Shown piece by piece: positions 37,291 through 48,900 of a DNA stretch of 64,000 bases. Both the position numbers and the translations under genes were made by a program. Position 1 is the first letter of the stretch. Each line of letters starts with the position of its first letter. The stretch lies in NCBI GenBank assembly GCA_013239625.1, contig MU053934.1:10889003-10953002 (forward strand). Reading direction: 5' to 3'. This DNA is from Lama guanicoe. Taxonomy: Eukaryota. The notes beneath the pieces are model-generated. The model saw only the letters and a list, made by a program, of their open reading frames with translations. It was not told the DNA's origin and did no database searches.

Positions 37291-38059
37291 CATTACCGGC
37301 AGGCGCATGGTGGGGGGTGGTGGGAAGAAATGGAAAAACCAGAGCTCAGAAACAGAGAGGAAATCATAGACGTAGAAGGCAGAGAAAACAAATTCCAACA
37401 CACAGATAAGCGGTGCCTTTAAAAACGAAGATCCAAGTAATGTCTATGAACACAGATTTAAAGCAATGATTCAAAATGTTATTTCAGACTTTAAAGAAGT
37501 CTTTAATCTTCCTGTTAAAAGAGCACCTCATAATTCAGGAAAAATTGATGTCCAACAAACCAGCATTGAATCCCATCATAATAAAATGTGTTGAACTTTA
37601 AAATAAATAGTAAGTCATCGAAGAAGGGAGCCGTGTCTCTGCTGAAGTCAGCTCGCCAGTGACATGGCACACAGTGACAGCGCACTCCTCGAAGAAAGAG
37701 AAACAGACCAAGACCTTCCTGCCCAGCTGCACCCTTTGTGGGTGCCCATTCTTAACACCCAGGACCGGGGGCCACTTTATGGCCAGCAGAGCAAGCTTTG
37801 CCCGCTAGTGGATAAAGACTGGCTCTTCAGTGGAGCATGCCAGGGCACCAGTAACTACAGGAAAATAATAAAATAACAGATCTCTACGTTGATGCGAGCA
37901 CACAGGTGGTTTAAACACTCAAGTTTAAATGACAGACATTAAACATCCAGAAGAAGGTACTGGAGGATGTCTGGGAGAGGTTTTTTTAAAAAAGCAATCA
38001 GTCTAAACATACACCTAAAAATTAATACGTCGTAAGTTAATTATGCTTCCATTAAAAAT

Positions 38060-39200
38060 AAAAAATCATAACAGGGCAAATCATAAAGGAAGAACCCTTT
38101 TTTTAAATGAAAAGTTGCCATTAAAGAATGGACAACTCAATCCACAAAATATAGGAGCAATTCACGGGACTGATAAAGAACTGAATTTCAAAACCTAAAA
38201 TGAAAAGTTTTCCACAGTCAATAGTTTAAAACCAATCCCAGTAAGGAAAATACACGAACAAGCATTTTACAGAAGAGGAAATGAGAAGGATGACTGACAC
38301 TGGAGTCTGTGGTACGCCTGATCAGTAATCAGGGAAATTAGATTTTAAAATTAAATATATTTTTAAAGCCAAAAAGATTGACATAACTTTTACAACTTTG
38401 ACAATTGTAGACAGATATGTGAAATTATAACATGGCACAAATATTGCTTGTTACGAACACTTCGGTAGTGAAAAATAATTAGGCTTTATCTTGTTAAAAA
38501 AACACAAAACGTGTTCATAACCTGTGACACAGCAAAGCACCAATCGTACATGCCTGAACAAAAAGGGAAGCAATCCCAACAGAAAAATGCGCACGAGCAC
38601 AACAGGGAGCACACGCACTGTCCAGAGCAGCGTTATTTGCGACAGCGTAAAACCTGGGAGCAGCCCAGGTGGCGACAGGACAACGGGTGCACGCGCCGCG
38701 ATGAAGAGCCTCTGTGCCCGCCGAGCGAGGGCCCCGCCGAGGTCCCGCCCTGCCCTGTGCGTGAGTCCCGGCCGCCGGGCCGAGGGACGGACGCCAGCGG
38801 CAGGCACGGCAGAAGCACTGGCGCCCTCGTACAGCGCGCACAGGCAAGGCAAAGCCACAGCCTATCGCTTAGGGATGGGCGCTAACTTGGTGAAATGATA
38901 CAGGAAACACAAAGCATGGTGAAAACAGAAGCAGACACTTTGGTGCCTCGGTGGGTGGAGCTGGGCTCAGGAGGGACGCGTGGGAAATGGTGGCCCCGTC
39001 AGGGAGGTGAGCCACACGTGCTGGTTTTGTTACAAAGGCTTACACACTGTATCTTATTCTGCGTGTACACACATCAGGGCCTGTTTCCTAGCGAGATACT
39101 CATCAATGTACGTCGGTGAGTGGACGATCCCACGTTTTCTCAGGATGACCTCTAAGAAAACAAGGGAGAGATTCACGGGGGACCTGTGACCTGAGAGCAG
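38060..39200 (+). mobile_element. Decayed L1ME-like 3' region with a strongly CpG-enriched core
   Basis: cattttacagaagaggaaa, cagtaatcagggaaat, then agcagcgttatttgcgacagcgtaaaacctgggagcagccca, corresponding to the L1 AALF.IAK.WKQP segment. Confidence 0.68.
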
Positions 39201-39699
39201 GGTGAAGCCTTCCCCGGGGACACAGAGGTGACACAGAGGCCCACCTGGGGGGGTGGAGATGCACAGGGGCCGGGGAGGAAACGGGCAGAGAAGGCGGCGG
39301 CGCTGCCTGTGGCACCACGGTGACGGGTTGCAGCTCTCCGAGGGAATCAGACCGCAAGCGAGACGTTTTCGGCTGCAGGGAAACAGTTAAGGTTCACTGC
39401 GGTGTTTACATGATGCTGTGAAGGGGACGCTGAGGCTGGCTGGGCCAACGCGGCGGCAGCATCGGGGCACTGGGCACAGGAGGAAGGGGAGGTCATGCCC
39501 CGGGTGGGAGCGGGGAGCGTGAAGCTGTTAAAGCTTCGCCTTCCGACTCTGGCTGCATCGGGCTTGGGAGTATGCTGCAGGAAACGTCTAAAGTTTACAC
39601 ACGAAGACAGAGCAGCAAAATTATATAACTTAGAACTGGGAGACAAGGACAGGAAGAAACAGCTGTAAGAAATGAACTAGCTGTCTGTGGGGAGGATTC

Positions 39700-39868
39700 A
39701 GGAGGGAGGGAGGGAGAGAGGGACGGAGGGAGGGAGAAGGAAAGAAGAAAGAAAGAGAAAGAGAGAAAGAGAGAGAGAAAGAAAGAAGGAAAGAAGGAAA
39801 GAAAGAGAAAGGAGAGAAAGAAAGGAGGGAAGGAAGGAGCGAGGGAGGGAGGGAGGGAGGGAAGGATG
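39700..39868. repeat. Compound polypurine microsatellite (GGGA/GAAA/GA)
   Basis: Almost pure purine tract of about 170 bp. Confidence 0.93.
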
Positions 39869-41049
39869 GGGCGGGTTTGCTGTTTCTGGTCTCAAGTCTT
39901 ACAACAGAATCTTATTAAGTATATATACTCATTTCTTCATAAAAATTAAACTTAAATTTAAAATACTCAGTTCTGTAACTTAAGAAAACAAAAGCCAAAA
40001 GGGAAAAATTGCAATTTCCAAAGCAACACCATAGGAAAAGTGTATATATTTCATCATCCAGAAAATTATTTTATTGCTGAAAACCATATTATTTTGCAAA
40101 TTAGCTGGCAGGCTTTCCTTTACTTCACTCTATCAGGCTGCCATTGTACCTGAAATTGCTACACAATTAATGAGGATCTTTAACGAACCAATGCTCAGGC
40201 CTTGGTGCAAGCTGGCTACCTCACCTCAACTGTGTCTCCTAAGGGTTTGGCTGGTACCTGATGGCTCACAGAATCTGTTCCAACACCACTTCACTGCGTC
40301 CTCTAATGTTACTTTTACAATTATTTTCATATTGCCCGTATTTGTATTTCTCCCAAGACCGAAAAACCAATCATAACATCCACGGGTAAGCCCTGGGTGC
40401 AAATACGGGAACACACAGCCTTGTGTTCATATTACTGCCTTTGAGCTTGCCTCATCTTCCTCTTTTCCAAAAGGTATTTCTGACTCTCAAACAATGAGAA
40501 GTCTCAACATTTCTCTCCCAGGAACTTTCTTCCCAAGCCCTGCTTCCCTGTTCTACCTGCTTCTCCCTTCGCTCTAACAAAATGCCGCACGCTTTCTGCA
40601 GCTTGATTTCTGTTCCCTGCAATCCTAACTGGCCCTGAAACCTTCTTGGAGGCACAAAAGGGTTCCCCCTCCTCTGGCTCAGTTCCTCATGCTATTTAGA
40701 CAGTCCAGGAGCACAGAAGGAAAATATAAACCAAGGGCTCCCACTGGCCCTCCCCGGAGGGTCTCCTTCTCTGTGGGGACCCAATGACTTTGGGGGGCAG
40801 CGCCTCCTCTTTGCCCCAGGCAGGGAGGGGAACTGGGTGCCACCCGCCCTCCAGAGCCCCCTGTGGGGCCAGGCAGGGACTAGGCTCTCCCAGAACCAGG
40901 ACTCTGGCAGCCGCTCCCACACTGTTCAGCTCCCTCACTCTCTGGCACTAGGTCACTGACTGCCTGCCCTCAGTACATCCCTCGCCAGCGATCTCCAGGG
41001 CAAATCCTGCTTCTAAATAATCTGGCCCAACACAAGTATTTGAGAAGCA

Positions 41050-41835
41050 TGGCTCATTTTTTGAAATCATTTCAGAGTAAGAAAGCCTTCTCTAAGAGAC
41101 TAACACTAAAACCTAAAAGAAAAAGATGATGAATCCTACTAAACTTATAAATATCTTAACCAGCATGGCAAGAGAAGTAACACAAAGAAAGCCAACAGCG
41201 ATAACACCAGAAATTATCTACACATACAGCAGGGCGCCGTGTAAGCATAGATTTATGTCTTTATTTATTATAAAGAGATCACTTTCCGAAAATTTAAAGA
41301 CAGTTATCAAACCATTCAACACTAACAACTCAATAGAAACATAGTTAAAAGACGTGGATAAAGATTTCACCATAAAGGGAAATGCAAATGTCATTTAAAT
41401 GAAGAGATTCTCAACCCACTGACAAAGACTAGAAGAAAATGAAACAGTAATAAGATATTGTTTTGAACTAATCAGAGTGGAAAACCAAACATCTAACCCT
41501 CCTCAAACCCTCTGGTATCCGAGTGAGCTGGCAGGGTGACCAGCAGTCACACTTACGCACCACCGAGAAGAGTGTACGATTTTCAGCCACTTCCGTAGTC
41601 TGGCACCACTTGTGAAACTGCTAAGGTGTCTGCCCTTTGACTCAGCAGTTCTGCCTCCAGGACTTTATTGTACAAACACCCTCACACATGTGCCAAATGA
41701 TATATGATCGGGGGTATTCATGCCAGCACAGCTTACAGTAGCGAAAGAATAGGGAACGAAACTAGGGAGGTCTGTGAATAGAGGGCCCTGGTTCAGTGAA
41801 TTGGAATACAGTCCTGCAGTGAGACGTTCTGCCAT
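41050..41835 (+). mobile_element. Decayed L1ME-like ORF2 3' region
   Basis: ccctttgactcagcagttctgcctccagga...cacatgtgccaaatgatatatg...gtattcatgccagca; followed by an A-rich tract. Confidence 0.72.
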
Positions 41836-43284
41836 CATTAATTTCTGAAAACAAAACCAAAAACCAAAAAAAAAAAAAAACCCACAAAAAGAATCGTATT
41901 TACTAAGAAGGCAACTCTCTCCTGTAAGTTCCAGCGGCAGAGTGAGGTGCCCGACAGGGCACACCCGCACACCCGCACACTGCGCTGGCCTTGGTGCTGA
42001 AACTGCCGGATGCCTGGGAGGTCAGCAGGCGGGGTGCCCTGGGGGCGGGGCCCGAGGGAGCCCAGCACTTGATAAGAGTGAATTCCTCCATGCAAGCCAG
42101 CTTGTGTTACCTGGGGTCAGGTCCTCTTTCTCCTCCAGAGGAAAGACTCATTCCCTCCTAACTCCCCTTTGGAGCCCCTGCTGGTGGGCTCTGGCTCCCT
42201 CCCCGCTCCCCTCCCCTCTGACTGGCCGTGGCTCCTGGCACCTGGCTGTCCGTGGCTCACCTGAGGATGGTGACGGCGCATGCTCAGTGCCCTCCTAGTA
42301 CCAGTCTCGGCAGTATGTTTCCTATGATGACCCTCATCTCCGTTTAGTCCTTCATCACCAATCCCCTTGCACAGGTGGGCGAAGTCCAGCTCAGAGAGAG
42401 GCACCGAGAGATCAAAGGCACAGAGCGTAGGTGCCCTGCATCAGGGTTCCATCCCGGGGGTCCTGGAGCTCGAGCACCAGGTGGGTGGGTGCTGGAGGTG
42501 GTCCTTCAGCGGTGCCCTCAGGGCCGTGGGCTGGCTTCTAGGTGACCAGCCTGATGGGAGCAGGCTGCCGCATTTCCACATCTGCAGTCAGTCCTCGGTC
42601 ACTGTGGGGAAGCCCCAGGCCCCGGGGGCAGGGGGCAGTTCTGGTCAGGTCAGCCTGCCTGGAGCAGGAGTGAGAGCCACCAGCTCAGAGCAGAGCAAGG
42701 GCCAGGCTGCTGAGACCAGGCCAGGCCTCTGTCCTGAGGGCCAGAGACGGAGCGGGGGAACTGGGGGTCAGAACCCGGGGCTGGCCAGCACCCGCAGAGG
42801 GCCGGGGCTGGCAGCGGATCCAAGAGCCCTGAGCTGACACACAGGGTGGGTGGGGGGATTAGTCTTCGCCCTCCAGTTCAGGTGGCCCAGAAGGCCAGAT
42901 GGAGCTGGGGGTGTGGGTATGGAGAACCTGTGAGGACGCCCCAGCACCTGGGTTCGTGCTCTGGGAGCTTTCGTGGTGAGTCAGGGCCAGGAAAGCCGTG
43001 ATTCAGTGACCAAGGCACCAAGGGCATCCGGGCGCGGGGCTGCACCTGGGGCGTCCGCCGTCCCCAAAGGGCCTCAGGCAAACTTTGCCACATGTGTGCA
43101 CATTCCATCCCGAGCATGGGAGGGGGAGGTCTGCTGCGGGACCAAGGACCCTGAACAGGGAAGGAGAGCGCGACAGGGTCCCTGGGGACGGCCCTGCTGT
43201 GTCAGCCACGTGCTCCGGGGCAGCCCACTCTTCAAGAGGCCGGAGCAGGCATGCGGGTGGGCGAGAGGGCAGCTTGGAGGTTGC

Positions 43285-43400
43285 TTGCGGGTCTGAGTCA
43301 GATCTGCTGCCCAGCAGCTGCGTGACCTTGGGAGGTCACCTGCCTGTTGTGTTCCTGCCCCGGGAAGATGCGATCGGCCCGCGTGCTCTGGGAGCAGGGC
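43285..43400. mobile_element. MIR fragment
   Basis: cagcagctgcgtgaccttgggaggtcacc matches the MIR core. Confidence 0.55.
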
Positions 43401-45889
43401 GCCCTGCCGTGGCTCTCATCCAGCTGGCATCCGAGGGAGGCTGAGCTGGTCGGCGATGAGCCTGGCCTGGAGGTCAGCACACCAGCCGCTCCCTGGCTGC
43501 CCTGCAGGGAGCATCTGATGGGGCCTGGCCTTCCTCCCCTGGCCAGCAGCGCCCATCTCTAAGGCTCCCGCCTGCACTTCTGACGAAGCGTCTTCTCACT
43601 GACCGCTGCTCTGACGTGTTCAGGTTGATTTGTTTTCAGACTGGACACTTGTCCATCCAGGGCAGGGTCCTGGCTGCTGCTGACGGGGCCTGGAGTGAGC
43701 TGACTTCCTCCGGAGCGCATGTCGGAATCCCCGAGGGGCCGTCCTTCTGCATTTCTGAGCCTCAGCTGCAGAAAGGCTTCTCACCCAGCCCGGGGCGACT
43801 CCCCCTCCATCCCGGCCGCCGCCCTTCAGAGGTAGCTGGCGCTCCTTGGGATGGCGGGGGCGGATGCTGGCGGGGGACACAGGGCACGTGCCCGCACCAC
43901 CGCGGCACAGGACTCTGCAGCTGGACTGCGTTCAACCCCCCTGCCTCAGAGAGAGCGCGGCCCTGCCAGGAGCCAGCAGGAGCTGCAGCAGCTGCCGGTG
44001 GTCACAGAGGCTCCCAGACAAGTGTGGAGATGGATGGCCTCACTCCACCTGTGCCTCGGAACACCCAGAGGGGTTGCTGCGTCCCGGCTCTGCGGCTCAC
44101 GCTCGCGGGCACCAGAGGGCCCTTCTCCTAAGTCCACCCCCAGGAGGATGGGCTCCCGTGCGTGTCCTTCAGCTCTGAGACCTTCAGGCAGCACGGCGGG
44201 GACACGTGTCAGCAGTGAGGTGCCCGCCTCTGAGCGCCTGCTCCTCACAAGCAGCAGGAGGCCCTCCTCCTGGCGCAGAGGGAGCCAACGCGCAGCAGAG
44301 CCACGGGGCCCGCGGTCTGCGCTCACTGCCTGAGCTGATTCCAACCAAAGGGCAAAACCCAGAACAGACAGGCCAGCGGGAGGTGGCTGTATCTCCACAT
44401 TTAAGTGAACATGCGGGATCACCAGGAAGGTGACACAGCCAGGAAGTCGGGGTGGGGACCGGGGTCTGGGCGGGCAGCAGTCGGGGCTTTGTGCGTCTAT
44501 GGCTTGTGCCTGGAGGAGCCGGGACGGCGTCCACCAGGCCCACCCAGCCTTGGGTCCAGCCCTCTGAGCACCCCTGACCTGAGTCCCTTAGCCAGCAGCG
44601 CCGGGGCCAGCCCCGTTCTTGTCCCTGGCCCGGTGGCCTAAGCTCCCCCAGGGTAAAAGGAGTGTCAAGGTTAACACCTCAGGCTCCGGACAGAGAAGCT
44701 GAGCGGGGAACACCGATGTGTTGCAGGTGTCCCCTCTCCTCGGGGCTGTGGCCAGTCTCTCCTGGGGTGTCCGTCCACCACCAGGCTGCCAGGACATCTC
44801 CCGGGCCTCTCGGCTCCCAGGGCCCCTGCCTTCTCCTTCCAGGCTGCTGCGCACGGTGTGGCTCTGTCACAGGGACTGCAGTGTGGGCTGGAGGGCGGCC
44901 GCAGGCCCGGGGGCTCATGGCGGGCTCCTTCACCCATGGGGCCACCGGCTGTAAGGAGCCCGACAGGCCACGCCCAGGGTTCAGACGGGAGATACACGCG
45001 CACACAGCTGCACGCAGTTCCGGGCCACAGCCCCCGCCCATGATGCGCCAGTTGGGGGCCCTGAAGCAGGGCGGATGTGGCTCCCTGTGTGCCCGCCTCC
45101 TAACAGTGCCGCTCTCGTCCTGCCTGAGGGTCCCTGGTGGCGGGGCCTTTACTCCAAGGTCAAGGGCAGGCCCTGAATTTGCCGTCCTGGTCCAGCCTCA
45201 CACCCTTTAAAAATCTCCACCTGCCATTCCTCCGTGAGAAGTGAGGGCCGTGGCCGAGGTGAGGACTCCTCAGGCAGGATTTCTGCTTTGGGACCAGGGG
45301 TGCACCTGCGAACTTCGCAGAAAGATGCCGGAAGGCATCGATGTGGCTGGAGCGACGACTGTCACACTGACAGGTGTGAGCCGCTGGACCACTGTCTTCC
45401 CCACAACCAGACATGCTGATACAGGGGTTTCAGTTCCTTCATCTCCGGAACAAGGAGAAGGGCCTTGCTTCCAGGTGACCATGGAGGGACCTCAGGCAGC
45501 TGGGGCTGCACCAGACGCACGTGGCAGCTGGTGACGGCTACTGAGTTTCCAAGGCCGGCATCTCAGAGACTGCCCTTCCCTCCAGCTGAGCCCTCTGTGC
45601 GTCTCCGGTTCCTGGAGCTCTGGCAGTGACGGCTGGCTCACTCCACCTTCACCTGCCACTCTTGGGGCCCAATGGCCATTGCAGACCTCTGCCTTCCATC
45701 CCATCTTGGAGTCGCTCAGAGGCACCCTCCTTCCCAGCACAGGACCCCTTCCCCAGTACTTCCTGTCCCTCCTCTCGCCCTCGCCTTCCCGTGTCCCAGT
45801 GTGATGCTCGCTGGCCACTAGCAACAGCACAGAAGCAGCCGGCACACACAGAGTTAAAGAGCCTCCTAGCCGCTTCCCCTCCTGGTGCT

Positions 45890-45916
45890 CCCCCCCCCGG
45901 CCCCCCCCCCCCCCCC
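45890..45916. repeat. Poly-C tract (C9 GG C16)
   Basis: Read directly from the sequence. Confidence 0.9.
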
Positions 45917-48900
45917 GAGTCCCCAGGACCTCAGCCCGCCTTGGGAAGAGGCCTGGCGGGCTGTGGTCCTGGGGCTGCGGACTCAGTCCTGGCGGGACAG
46001 ACTCTGCCACTGACATCGTCGCTGAAAGGCAGTGGCAGGCGTTCCTCCTGTAACTGATCGCCTGGCAATTACAAGGTACAAAGTCTGCTTTTACCTTATT
46101 AGGTTGCTGCTATTCTCAGCTTGCATTCAGAAAGGCGGCGCAGTGCTGTCAGGCGTGGGTTGTCCCTGACGAGGAGCCTGTGGGGACCGTGAACCTCCGC
46201 AGAGCCGCCCTCACCCCGGCGCCCACGCCATCACCCCCGTCAGCCTGGCGATAACCTCCCGCCTCCCTCCTGCCTCCTCACCCCACCCCCGGGCGCGGGC
46301 CCCTGGCTGGGCCTCCAGGCCCTGCAGGGCTGGCCCGGAATCCCACACAGGAGGACGTGGGAGCAGAGATCCGATCCCCGGGCTGGGGACCCGCCTGAGG
46401 CTGGGCTGGATGGCACTGTCCATGTGATTCCAGCAGAGACAACTGTCCAGAGCTGGTATCCAACCCAGGAGCCACGAGCCACATGTGCTGTTTCACCCTG
46501 AAGCCGTCGAAGCTAAAGGGACGGCAGCCTTCATCTTCAAATGCGGCCTGCATGCTCCAGCCTGAAGGCGCCATTAGGGAGGCGTGGAGAGGGACGGGCC
46601 CTGCCCAGCCTGGCCGAGCTCCACTAATCCACAGTCATCTGCTGCTCCCTTGGTCCTTAGCTCCCGGGTCTGGAGGAGCTCTGCCCTGTGGAAGGGCCGG
46701 GGGGCTGGGTGGGGCTTCTAACTGTGACTCTGAGCACCCTCACATGGGTGATGGGAAGAGGACCAGGCATTTCTGGTGGACCTGTGGCCTTTCCCTGCAG
46801 GGACCGCCAGGCCCGCATCACCCAGGGATCTGCTCCTTTCTCATAAACAAGAAGCCCCAATGTCCTTGTCTAGGCTGGGTCACAGGCTGGGGGTGACTTT
46901 GGGCAGAGCTGGGGCATGGGGACTTCTCAGGGTAGCTGGTGAAGCAATAACCGTGGTGGCCATGGCCATCGTGGGCTGCACACTCACTGCCCGGGGTGTT
47001 CTGCACATGCATGTCCTTAAATCCAGTGACAGCAGGAGAAAGGAATGCTTGTTCCCACTCAGCAGAGAAGTGAGCTAACTCTCTGGAAGGTGGAATCAGA
47101 CGGTGCACAGAAGACCCCCGCAGTGCTGCCCACAGGATGTGGGTTCCTAAAAGGTCTCCATTAGCCAAGTCATCCTCCTCACCTTCCTCCATCCGGAGCC
47201 CTGCTGCTCCCCGGAGTCCGGGCGAGCATCCGCAGCAAGACACCAGCTGTCACACGTGTGAGGGCGTTCCGGGCACCACCACGCCTCCTCGGGAGGGGAG
47301 CACGTCCTCTGTGCAGCCAGCTCCCTGGGCAAGTGGTCCCTCGGGGGCCAGCAGACTCCCAGTGCCGTCCACGCCCTGCTGGGCTCTGGCCAGAGGCTGT
47401 TTGCCTCTCTCATGCATATATTTTTTCTACCCCTAAGGAAAGCTCACACCTTTGCTGAGAACTACATTTATTTTTGTCTGTTATTTATTCTCCTGACTCA
47501 TGAAACTGCACCCTTCAGGATGCCAGTACAAAATGTTAAAAAAAATTAGTAAAAAAGCATAAAGTGGATGAAAGATGTTAAGGTTCTTTTATCTCCTGAA
47601 ATATGAATTTAAATACTTTCACTTCATGATCCCGAGAGAAAAAATTGAATAAAAAGTAAGCACAAAAAATATATACATATATATCAAACACTCAGTCCTG
47701 CTAACTTAAATGCAAAACATTAAAAAACAAAACCCAAAGCCTTGGTCCAGAATAACAGTCTGTCTTTCTCTGAAGGCCCCTTCACTGGGCGGCAATCACT
47801 CCGCCTCCAGCCTGCTGTGGTCCCGCCTCCTTCCCGGCTGCCCCGTCCGGGACCCTGGCCTGTGGTCTGAGGCCATGGCTGGGGGAGCCCTTGGGTTCTC
47901 CTGCGGCCTCACTGGTGCTCCCCGGACTGGCCAGGGATGGACAAGCCAGTGCTTCATTTCAGTGGGTCTAGGGAGCAGAGAGGCTGGAGGAGGAACTTGT
48001 CACCAGCAAGGATGTGGCCAGACAGGCCTGGGCAGCTTCCCAAGGCAAAGGCGACTATGAAAGACTCAACCAGGCAGCCGTCGGCCCAGGCAGCCCTCCC
48101 TCCCGGAAGCGGCCCTCTGGCAGTGTCACGCATGTGGAGGATGGACGGAGAGGGTAGAAGTAAGTCAGGGAGGCCAGACGAGACGGGAGAACCTACGAGA
48201 GTTCTGGTCACGTGAGGGGCTTAGAAGCAAGTCTTGGAGACCTTCAGGGGGTCATGACAAGTACAGCTCCTGAAGGAGCTGCCGGGGGCCTGGACCCTCC
48301 CCCATGGGCTTCCGGTCCGCCTGCAGCCCCAGACGCTGGTGAGGGGACCAGCATGGAGCCTTGTCTTCAGTTCACAAGAGTGGCCTAGAGGACGTCCTGG
48401 AGGAGACGGCCCTGCCCTGGCAGGTGCTTTCTGCTTGTGCGTGGATGGAAGTAGGGAAGGGCGGAGGGGCCATCATGGAGACCCCTGGATGGAGTCCTAG
48501 ACCCTCACCCAATCTGGCCTCCTTGGGTGGAGCATGTCAGAGCCCCAGAGCTTCGTTGGTTTGTCCAAGGTCAGGACAGCTGGGACCAAGCCGGAGGGCA
48601 CCCCACGAGCTCACCTGTGGTTACCACAAAGCCTGCAAAGTCAGGGCATCTCACCCCCCAACAGTGATTCGGGAAACACATTCCACTGTGGCCAAGACTG
48701 AGGGAGGGGAGGGGAGCCCAGCAGCTCAGATGACGTCGCTAAAGCCAGAGCCAGAATGATAACGATCGTGTGTGTGTGTGTGTCAGCAGGGCAAGCGATG
48801 GGGGGGTTAATGTCTCTTTTTCCTCTAAAACCTCCTTTCCTGAGCTGCGAGGTGTGTGCCTTCCAGACTGATTTCTCTCTCTGGGCAGTTTCAAGAGGTC

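Noticed and set aside
39687..39983. Glu/Arg/Lys-rich ORF
   Set aside because: It is a translation of a purine microsatellite.
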